DNA of 64,000 bases from Thermoanaerobaculia bacterium (GTDB lineage: Bacteria; Acidobacteriota; Thermoanaerobaculia; Gp7-AA8), in assembly GCA_035525285.1 (NCBI GenBank), contig DATLFB010000120.1, forward strand, positions 53,149-117,148, read 5' to 3'. Below, piece after piece: positions 30,674-37,857 of this stretch. Made by a program: the position numbers and the translations under genes. Each line of letters opens with the position of its first letter. Positions within the stretch are counted from its first letter, which is position 1. A model generated the notes under the pieces. The model worked only from the letters and a program-made list of their open reading frames with translations, made no database searches and was not told the origin of the DNA.

Positions 30674-31180
30674 TCAGTACACCGTCGTACTCGGCCGCAG
30701 CGTCGAACGCGCTTCGGCGATCCGCTTCCGCTCGATCACCATCTCGGGATGATCGTGGCGGAACGACTCGACGATGTGGCAGACGAAGCAGACCGGCTGC
30801 GCGCTCGCGAAGACCGCCGGCAGCTCTTCCGCCGCGATCTCCTTCCACTCGCGCGTCGTGCCGTCCGCGAAGCGCACCGCGGGCGGACGCTCATGCCAGA
30901 CGATCTCGCCGATCGGTTTCGCGCAGAACGTGCAGCTCCTGCCTGCGTACCATGACGCGACGATCGACTGCACGAGGCACTCGCGCGGCGAAGCCTCGAT
31001 CTGCGCGAGGCACTCCTGTCCGCAGCCCGCCTTCTCCGGCCAGCGCGTGCAGGAGCGGAGATGCAGGTCGGGACGCGAGTCCCACAATGCGACGCGCACG
31101 GCCGCCGCGTTCCGATTTTCCGGGCAGGTAATCACCCGTACTCCGCGATACGTGCGCAGTCTCTTCAGAAACTCGAGCAT
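30674..31180 (-). CDS. Cysteine-rich hypothetical protein (about 10 Cys, possible metal/Fe-S binding)
   Basis: ITCPEN...SCTRW...GCGQEC...REC...SCTFC...CFVC cysteine clusters. Confidence 0.4.
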   Translation of the reverse strand: MLEFLKRLRTYRGVRVITCPENRNAAAVRVALWDSRPDLHLRSCTRWPEKAGCGQECLAQIEASPRECLVQSIVASWYAGRSCTFCAKPIGEIVWHERPPAVRFADGTTREWKEIAAEELPAVFASAQPVCFVCHIVESFRHDHPEMVIERKRIAEARSTLRPSTTVY

Positions 31181-31246
31181 CCCGCACCTCCAGGCTCACA
31201 GCGTCGATCCACTGCGAACCCGGAGCCGTGCGTGCGGTCACCACTC

Positions 31247-31348
31247 GAAGTGATGTAGCGCGGGCATCCTGCCCGCCGTCGCGCCGGCTTCCAGCCGGCG
31301 CGGAGAAGCGGGCGCGGGACGCCCGCGATACGGCGGGCTGGAAGCCCG
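31247..31348. repeat. Family F hairpin cluster (shares the GCCGGCT-TCC-AGCCGGC and GTAGCGCGGGC…GCCCGCGCTAC modules with 22131-22556)
   Basis: Between waaF and the Cys-rich gene. Confidence 0.7.
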
Positions 31349-31358
31349 CGCTACACGC

Positions 31359-32390
31359 TCACGCTTCGAGGTGATGCGCCGGTACCTCCGGCTCGACCTC
31401 CGCGAAAAGTCCCACCGCCGCGGTGAACACTTCGTCGACCGACACCTCGCTCATGCAGCGGTGGTGGCGCAGCGGACACTCGCGCTGGTAGCACGGCTGG
31501 CACTCCAGCGCGCGGCTGACCACGTGCGTCGCGCCCGGAATCACCGTGCGTCCCGGATCGGTCGGGCCGAAGATCGAGACCGACGGCACCGCCAGCGCCG
31601 CCGCCACATGCAGCGGTCCGCTGTCGTTCGTGATCAGCGCCGCGCACTGCGAGATCGCCGCCGCGAGCTCGAGCACGTCGCCCTGATGGCCGGCAATCGG
31701 CACGCCGTTGCACGTCGTCGCGATGCGCTGCGCCTGATCGCGCTCGCCGGGGCTCGTGAGCAGCACGACGTCGAAGCCCTCGAGCCGCAATCGCTTGATG
31801 ATCTCCACGTAGCGCGCGTCGCCCCAGTGCTTCGCGCGTCCGTACAGCCCGCCCGCGTGAATGGCGATGATCGGCCGGTCGAGGTGCAGGCCGATCTCGA
31901 TCAGCTGCCGCCGCCCGCGCTCGCGGATCGCCGGCGGAAGCTTGATCGTCGGGATATCGTCGACCACGCGCGGCGCATTCAGCGCCGCGAGCAGCGGCGT
32001 GTAGTCGTCGAGCTGATGCCCGCGCGCCTCGGGCGGCGCAACGGGATGCGTGAGCAGCAGGCGCCGGAGGTCGGTGGGATATCCCCAGCGCTCGCCGATG
32101 CCCGCCGCCAACGCGACCATCGCGGCGCGGAACGAATTCGGGAGAATGACCGCGCGGCGAAATCCGCCTCCCGCGCGCAGCGCCGCGATGCGGTTGCGCG
32201 TCGAGCCGTTCCATCCGATCACCTGCCGGAAGATCCCCGAGGCCTCGAGCAGCGCCGCGACGTTCCGCGGCGCGGCGACGGCGATGCCGCCTTCGCTGCG
32301 GAAGCGGTGCTGCAGTGCCTTGTACGCGGGGATCGCCAGGACGTTGTCTCCGACCCAGTTGAGACCAATGACGACCGTTTCACACGCCAT
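31359..32390 (-). CDS. Glycosyltransferase family 9 (ADP-heptose:LPS heptosyltransferase, WaaF/RfaF-like)
   Basis: VIGLNWVGDNVLAIPAYKAL N-terminus and C-terminal GPLHVAAALAVPSVSIFGPTDP typical of GT9. Confidence 0.75.
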   Translation of the reverse strand: MACETVVIGLNWVGDNVLAIPAYKALQHRFRSEGGIAVAAPRNVAALLEASGIFRQVIGWNGSTRNRIAALRAGGGFRRAVILPNSFRAAMVALAAGIGERWGYPTDLRRLLLTHPVAPPEARGHQLDDYTPLLAALNAPRVVDDIPTIKLPPAIRERGRRQLIEIGLHLDRPIIAIHAGGLYGRAKHWGDARYVEIIKRLRLEGFDVVLLTSPGERDQAQRIATTCNGVPIAGHQGDVLELAAAISQCAALITNDSGPLHVAAALAVPSVSIFGPTDPGRTVIPGATHVVSRALECQPCYQRECPLRHHRCMSEVSVDEVFTAAVGLFAEVEPEVPAHHLEA

Positions 32391-34083
32391 GCATGACTTC
32401 GCTTTCTCCCGTCCCTTTCCAGCGATCGTGCATCCACAGCCAGAGCTCCGGACGAGAGTGGATGCGGCGCGCGATCACGTCGTTGATTCGCTTCGTCAGC
32501 ACCACCGGGTCTCTCTCGCCCTCTGCCAGCTCGTCTACACGGATCGGCTCCTCGAATTCGAGACGATGCCTGAGCCCGTCGGGAATGCAAAAACCGAACA
32601 CAATTGTAGAGTCGCCCTTGAGCGCCATTCGCGCGGGCGCCGGAGTGGTCCACGCGGGACGGCCGAGGAACGGGACGAGGACTCCTTCGCGCGGCTGCAC
32701 GGCCTGGTCGGGAAGCAGCGCCACGACGCCGTTTCCGGCGAGGCTTTTCATGAGGAAGCGCGCGGCCCGCCGGCGGTCGATGACCTCCGCGCCGGTGCGC
32801 TCGCGCAGCCGCTGCAGATCGCGCTCGAGAAACTCGTTGTCGAGCGGACGCGCGACGCTGCGCACGTTGCGGAGAAGCGCCATCACCGCGAGGCCGCCGA
32901 TCTCCCATCCGCCCCAGTGCCCGCTCATGAGCAGCGTCCCTTTGCCGCGCGCGATCGCCTCTTCGAGATGGTGCACATTGACCAACGGGCAGCGCTCCGC
33001 GATCTGCTCGAGCGAGAAACTCTGCATCTGCACGTACAGCAGCATCTCGCGTCCGAAGTGGCGCCAGCACTTCGCGAGGATCTCGCGCAGCTCCTCGTCG
33101 CTTCGCCGCGGAAACGCGCCGCGCAGATTGCGCATGGCCAGCCGCGTGCGGCGGCGAAGCACGATGCCCGCGAGCGCGCCGAGGCGCGTTCCCCAGCGGT
33201 AGACGGCTTCCTCGGACGCCGGCTTCACCGCGCGCACGACCAGGCGATAGACCGCGTACTCGAGACGCTGCAGCAGCGGATTCTTGCGGCGTTTGCGCTT
33301 GCGCTGCTCCGGCGCGGTCGCGGCGGCAGCGATCCTCTCGAGCACGTCCGCGTCGATGTCGAACTCCGCGGGGATGGCGGTGATCGCCTTCTCGTCGATC
33401 TTTACCGCGTCTTTCTCCGTCGTCACGATGCGCGCGTCGCCCGCGGCGCGCTGGATCGCCTCGAGGTCGGCCTTCGTGTACGGGTGATGATCGGGAAAGC
33501 TCTTCGTGCCGGTGAGATGCACTCCTTCGAGCGCGCGGAAGAACTGCTCGTTGTCCGCGAGTCCCGCGAAAGCGAAGACGCGCTGTCCGCGCAACTCCTC
33601 GGGCACCAGCGTGCGCAGCCGGCGCGGGATAACGATGTGTGCATCGCGCAGCGCGGCGTGGCCCTCGCGATGGAAGCGCGCCGGCGCGTCGATCACGACG
33701 TCGAGATCGCGGTGGAGCTGGAGATGCTGGAAGCCGTCGTCGAGCACAAAAGCGTCGACATAATGCGACTTTAAATAGTGCTTCGCATTATCGTATCGAT
33801 TTTTACCAATCAATACATCGCATTTAGTCTGCCGCTTTATCAGCTCCGGTTCATCGTTTGTTTTATAGCCACGCGTTAACACGACAACGCGCAGACCGCG
33901 CTCTGTGAGAAAGCGGCAGATCGCGATCACGGCCGGCGTCTTTCCCGCCCCGCCCACGGAGATGTTGCCGACCGAGATCACCGGACGCGCGAGGCGCTTT
34001 CGCTTCAGCACGCCGCGGCGGTACAGCGCGCGGCGCGCGCGATTGAGGCCGCGGTAGAGCAGCTCCAGAGGTTTGAGTAATGT
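32380..34083 (-). CDS. lpxK: Fused tetraacyldisaccharide 4'-kinase (LpxK) and lipid A lauroyl/myristoyl acyltransferase (LpxL/HtrB-like)
   Basis: N-terminal half: VISVGNISVGGAGKTP (LpxK P-loop), with the start MTLLKPLELLYRGL inside the family D MITE terminus. C-terminal half: LPLAT acyltransferase (MSGHWGGWE). A continuous ORF on the six-frame track. Confidence 0.65.
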   Translation of the reverse strand, partial: TLLKPLELLYRGLNRARRALYRRGVLKRKRLARPVISVGNISVGGAGKTPAVIAICRFLTERGLRVVVLTRGYKTNDEPELIKRQTKCDVLIGKNRYDNAKHYLKSHYVDAFVLDDGFQHLQLHRDLDVVIDAPARFHREGHAALRDAHIVIPRRLRTLVPEELRGQRVFAFAGLADNEQFFRALEGVHLTGTKSFPDHHPYTKADLEAIQRAAGDARIVTTEKDAVKIDEKAITAIPAEFDIDADVLERIAAAATAPEQRKRKRRKNPLLQRLEYAVYRLVVRAVKPASEEAVYRWGTRLGALAGIVLRRRTRLAMRNLRGAFPRRSDEELREILAKCWRHFGREMLLYVQMQSFSLEQIAERCPLVNVHHLEEAIARGKGTLLMSGHWGGWEIGGLAVMALLRNVRSVARPLDNEFLERDLQRLRERTGAEVIDRRRAARFLMKSLAGNGVVALLPDQAVQPREGVLVPFLGRPAWTTPAPARMALKGDSTIVFGFCIPDGLRHRLEFEEPIRVDELAEGERDPVVLTKRINDVIARRIHSRPELWLWMHDRWKGTGESEVMHGV

Positions 34084-34178
34084 CATTCCGAGCGAGAGCG
34101 AGGAACCCGGGCGGGTGTGCGGCGCGATCATCGCGCCTCCCGCCCACCCGGGTCCCTCGCTCTCGCTCGGGATGACAT
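34081..34178. repeat. Family D MITE-like element (core form) at the waaA stop / lpxK start
   Basis: TGTCATTCCGAGCGAGAGCGAGGAACC…GGTCCCTCGCTCTCGCTCGGGATGACA. Confidence 0.85.
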
Positions 34179-35455
34179 CACGCCAGCAATTCGACGATCC
34201 GGCGGGCCGTCCGTTCCGAGGCTCCCCGATTCTGCAGCACCGTCTCCCGCGCCCGCGCGCCCCACGCGCGCTGCAGCTCGGCGTCATCGAACATCCGCTC
34301 CGCGAAGTCGATCACCTCGGACGCTTCCCGCACTTCCACCGCCGCCTGCTCACGCAGAAACACCTGCGCGATCTCGCGAAAGTTCGACATCGACGGCCCG
34401 AAGCACACCGGCACCCCCGCCGCCGCGGGCTCGATCGGATTGTGGCCGCCCGTCGTCCCGCCGAGCGAGCCGCCGATGAAGGCGACGGTCGCGTAACGGT
34501 AGATCTTCGCGAGCTCGCCGAGGGTGTCGAGGAGGATTACGTCGGGGTTGCCCGGTTGCCCGGCTGCCCGGCTGCCCGGCGTGGGGAGCTCACTTCTTCT
34601 AACGAAGCGCATGCTCGACGTCGCGAGCAGGCCGGCAACTTGTTCGAACCGCTCGGGTTTGCGCGGTGCAATGATCACGAACGCGTTCTGCTCCGCGAGA
34701 AAGCGTTCGATCTCCGGCAAGAGCGCCTCATCCTCGCCTTCCATCGTCGATCCGAGAACGAGAACCTTGCGGCCGGCGATCATCGATTCGAGGACGGGTC
34801 CGATCTCGAGCGGTGCGGTGTCGGGCTCGTAGTCGAACTTCACGTTTCCGCTCACTTCGACGATCTCCGCCGGCGCGCCGATGGCGACGAAGCGCGCGCG
34901 GTCCGTCTCCTCGCGCGCGAGGATGCGGTCGTAGTTGCGGAGCACCGCGCCCACGATCCCGCGGAAGGCGCGATAGCGCGGATAGGAGCGGTCCGAGATG
35001 CGCCCGTTCGCGAGCAGCATGCGCAGGCCGCGCGCGCGGGAAAGACGCGTCGCGTTCGGCCAGATCTCCGTCTCCATCGTCGCGAACACCCGTGGGCGGT
35101 GCTGATCGAGAAAGCGCCGCACCGCGAACGCGAAGTCGAACGGAAAATACGTCACCGTCGCCTCGGGGAACATCCGCCGCGCCTGGGCCTGTCCCGTGAT
35201 CGTCGTCGTGGTGAAGACGATCGACGTCTCGGGCCGCAGGCGGAGGATGGCCGCGATCACCGGCCGCGCGGCGAGCGTCTCGCCCACCGAGACCGCGTGA
35301 ATCCAGAGGTCATGCGTGTCCGCGGGGCTGCGATAGAAGCCCATCCGCGCCGGAAAGTTCGTCAGGTATTTGCCCCGCAGCACGCCGGTCAGCAGAAAGT
35401 ACGGGAGCGCCAGGAGCAGCACGAGGTACAACAGCACCTCGTAAAGGACGTACAT
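34178..35455 (-). CDS. waaA: 3-deoxy-D-manno-octulosonic acid (Kdo) transferase WaaA/KdtA
   Basis: N-terminal membrane anchor; HAVSVGE motif; GT30 fold. In-frame family C repeat at 34544-34581; stop overlaps the family D MITE. Confidence 0.8.
   Translation of the reverse strand: MYVLYEVLLYLVLLLALPYFLLTGVLRGKYLTNFPARMGFYRSPADTHDLWIHAVSVGETLAARPVIAAILRLRPETSIVFTTTTITGQAQARRMFPEATVTYFPFDFAFAVRRFLDQHRPRVFATMETEIWPNATRLSRARGLRMLLANGRISDRSYPRYRAFRGIVGAVLRNYDRILAREETDRARFVAIGAPAEIVEVSGNVKFDYEPDTAPLEIGPVLESMIAGRKVLVLGSTMEGEDEALLPEIERFLAEQNAFVIIAPRKPERFEQVAGLLATSSMRFVRRSELPTPGSRAAGQPGNPDVILLDTLGELAKIYRYATVAFIGGSLGGTTGGHNPIEPAAAGVPVCFGPSMSNFREIAQVFLREQAAVEVREASEVIDFAERMFDDAELQRAWGARARETVLQNRGASERTARRIVELLA
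34544..34581. repeat. Family C repeat inside the waaA CDS
   Basis: gttgcccggttgcccggctgcccggctgcccgg. Confidence 0.7.
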
Positions 35456-36773
35456 GGGCGCGCATGATAACGGTGCGGAACCTCTCCGGCTGTATCATTG
35501 CTCCCGCACCCGCCCGATGGAAAACACGATCGCCGCAGGCCTCATCCTCCCGAACCTCTCCAAAACCGTCGCCGAGGAACACCTCGAGGAATTGACCAGG
35601 CTCATCGAGACCGCGGGCGGCACCGTCGTCGCGCGCGTGATGGGCAAGCGTCCCGCGCCCGACGCGGCGACGTACATCGGCAGCGGCAAGGCGGAGCAGA
35701 TCAAAAAGCTGGTCGGGCATCACCGTGCGACGCTCGTGGTGTTCGATGACGACCTCTCTCCCGCGCAGGTGCGCAATCTCGAGAAGATCATCGGGATCAA
35801 AGTCATCGACCGCAGCGCGCTGATCCTCGACATCTTCGCCGGCCGCGCCCGCACGCGCGAGGCGCGCACGCAGGTGGAGCTCGCACAACTCGAGTACCTG
35901 CTGCCGCGCCTGAAGCGCGCGTGGTCGCACCTCGAACGGCAGGCCGGCGGCGCGGGCGGCGGCGCGAAGCGCGGCGTCGGCGAGACCCAGCTCGAGCTCG
36001 ACCGCCGCATCGTTCGCTCGCGGATCGCGCGCCTGAAAGACGACCTGAAGAAGATCGAGAAGAACCGCGAGACGCAGCGCAAGGCGCGCGGCGGCGCGTT
36101 CACCGTGGCGCTGGTCGGCTACACGAATGCCGGCAAGTCCACGCTGTTCAACCGGCTCACGACCGGCGACGCCGTCGCGGCCGACAAGCTCTTCGCCACG
36201 CTCGACGCGAAGTCGCAGCGCATCGCGTTCGAGATGCCGCGCGAGACGGTGGTCATCGACACGGTCGGCTTCATCCGCAAGCTGCCGCATCACCTCGTTG
36301 CGTCGTTCCGTTCCACGATGGAAGAGGCGGTGGCCGCCGATCTCGTGCTGCACGTGATCGACGCGAGCCATCCGCAGTTCGAAGAGCAACGCGAGGTCGG
36401 TGACGCCGTCCTCGCCGACCTCGGCGTCGACTCCGCGCGCATGGTCGAGGTCTACAACAAGAGCGACCAGGTCGAAGAGCACTTCGACGTTCGCCGCCGC
36501 CGCAATTCGGTCATCGTCTCCGCACTCACCGGCGAGAACATCGACCGCCTCGTGGAGACGATCCGCGAGCGCGAGCGCGAAGGCGGGTCACTGCTGCACC
36601 TCGAGATCCCGCACTCCGAATCGCGCCTCATCGCGCAGCTGCACGAGGTGGCTGAGGTGTTCGAGCAGGAATCGAACGATGAGGCGGTGGTGGTGGCGGC
36701 GTGGGTGCCGCAGGATGTCGCGCATGTGTACGAGCGATTCGCCGTAGCGGCGCGCCAGCGGCGTACGGCGTAG
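35454..36773 (+). CDS. hflX: GTPase HflX (start may be MENTIAAG at 35517)
   Basis: GYTNAGKSTLFNRLT G1; DTVGFI G3; NKSD G4; HflX N-domain. Confidence 0.85.
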   Translation: MGAHDNGAEPLRLYHCSRTRPMENTIAAGLILPNLSKTVAEEHLEELTRLIETAGGTVVARVMGKRPAPDAATYIGSGKAEQIKKLVGHHRATLVVFDDDLSPAQVRNLEKIIGIKVIDRSALILDIFAGRARTREARTQVELAQLEYLLPRLKRAWSHLERQAGGAGGGAKRGVGETQLELDRRIVRSRIARLKDDLKKIEKNRETQRKARGGAFTVALVGYTNAGKSTLFNRLTTGDAVAADKLFATLDAKSQRIAFEMPRETVVIDTVGFIRKLPHHLVASFRSTMEEAVAADLVLHVIDASHPQFEEQREVGDAVLADLGVDSARMVEVYNKSDQVEEHFDVRRRRNSVIVSALTGENIDRLVETIREREREGGSLLHLEIPHSESRLIAQLHEVAEVFEQESNDEAVVVAAWVPQDVAHVYERFAVAARQRRTA

Positions 36774-36774
36774 C

Positions 36775-36880
36775 CGTGTGGAGTGCGGCGACGCCAGTCG
36801 CCGCTTTCTACGCGGCAGCACAAGCTGCCGCGACTCGCGTCGCGGCATAGGAGAGCGGCGACTTGCGTCGCCGCACTCCA
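36775..36880. repeat. About 105 bp near-perfect palindrome downstream of hflX (terminator-like)
   Basis: GTGTGGAGTGCGGCGACGC…GCGTCGCCGCACTCCACAC with an internal GCGGCAGC-ACAA-GCTGCCGC hairpin. Confidence 0.75.
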
Positions 36881-36882
36881 CA

Positions 36883-37020
36883 CTACTTCACCGGAAAATA
36901 CCCCACCTTCGTCACGATCCCCTGCCCATCCGCGCCCGTCGCCCAGTCGATGAACGCCTTCATGTCGCCGGCCGGCTTCACGCAGAGCAGCACCGCCGGA
37001 ATGATCCATCTCTTCAAATT
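36883..37020 (-). pseudogene. C-terminal remnant of a periplasmic substrate-binding protein (PstS/ModA-like PBP)
   Basis: …KAFIDWATGADGQGIVTKVGYFPVK matches the conserved PBP C-terminal (F[IL]DW..S.EGQ.I....GY.PL); no upstream remainder of the gene. Confidence 0.35.
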
Positions 37021-37135
37021 CATCTCGTCTTCTCCGCCGGCGAGTCCAGAGACGCGGCGCAAAGGAGCAGGGCAGCGGATGTGAAGTCGATGTGAAGAGC
37101 AGCGTAGACTTTGTCGCACAAGAAGGAGGAATCGC

Positions 37136-37753
37136 ATGCGCCGGATCCCGATCGTGGTCGCTCTCTCGCTGCTCGCCGTCGCGTCATTCGCGCAACGCCC
37201 CGAGAACAACCCCGGCCAGGGCCCGCCGCGGCATTGCTGCGCGCGCGTTTACGACGCTGGCGGCAAGGAGATCGGCGAAGTGATTCGCTGGGACGACCGC
37301 GTTCCGAACTATCCCCTGAGCGCCATCGTCCGCTACAAGCTCAAAGGCGGCGACGACGTGGCCCTCGCCATCGCGCCCGAGTCGATCCGAGGCTTGCAGG
37401 AGCCGGGCGGCAGCGTCGCGATCTTCACCACGCCCGACTGCAGCGGGAACAGCATGTTCGCGATGCTCTGGGTTCCGCCGCTCACGAAGAGATACGCGAT
37501 GGTCCTTCCCGTCGGGAACCCATCGACGCTGATGAGTGCCGCGACGAACGCATGGCTGTGGGCGACCGACTATCCGCCCGCCCGCGTGAGTCCCGGCGCG
37601 ACGGTATTCAACTCGCAGTGGACCGAGAGCGGGAATTGCCAGCCCTATCCGGCGCCCGGCTACACCGTGACGGGAACGCCGCTCGGCGGCTTCTGGATGA
37701 GACGCGTGGAAGACCTCTACGCGAAGTTCAAGCGGCCGTTCTATTCGAAGTGA
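37136..37753 (+). CDS. Secreted hypothetical protein
   Basis: Signal peptide MRRIPIVVALSLLAVASFA; no recognised domain. Confidence 0.5.
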   Translation: MRRIPIVVALSLLAVASFAQRPENNPGQGPPRHCCARVYDAGGKEIGEVIRWDDRVPNYPLSAIVRYKLKGGDDVALAIAPESIRGLQEPGGSVAIFTTPDCSGNSMFAMLWVPPLTKRYAMVLPVGNPSTLMSAATNAWLWATDYPPARVSPGATVFNSQWTESGNCQPYPAPGYTVTGTPLGGFWMRRVEDLYAKFKRPFYSK

Positions 37754-37757
37754 CGGT

Positions 37758-37853
37758 TTCGGTTGCCCGGTTACCCGGTTTCCCGGTTTGCGGGTGACGT
37801 GCAGCCAGCAACGCGTTGCCGGGCAACCGGGCGACCGGGAAGCCGGGTAACCC
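37758..37853. repeat. Family C repeat, full inverted pair, intergenic
   Basis: (GGTTnCCCG)x4 …spacer… (CGGGnAACC)x4, a long hairpin. Confidence 0.8.
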
Positions 37854-37857
37854 CCGA

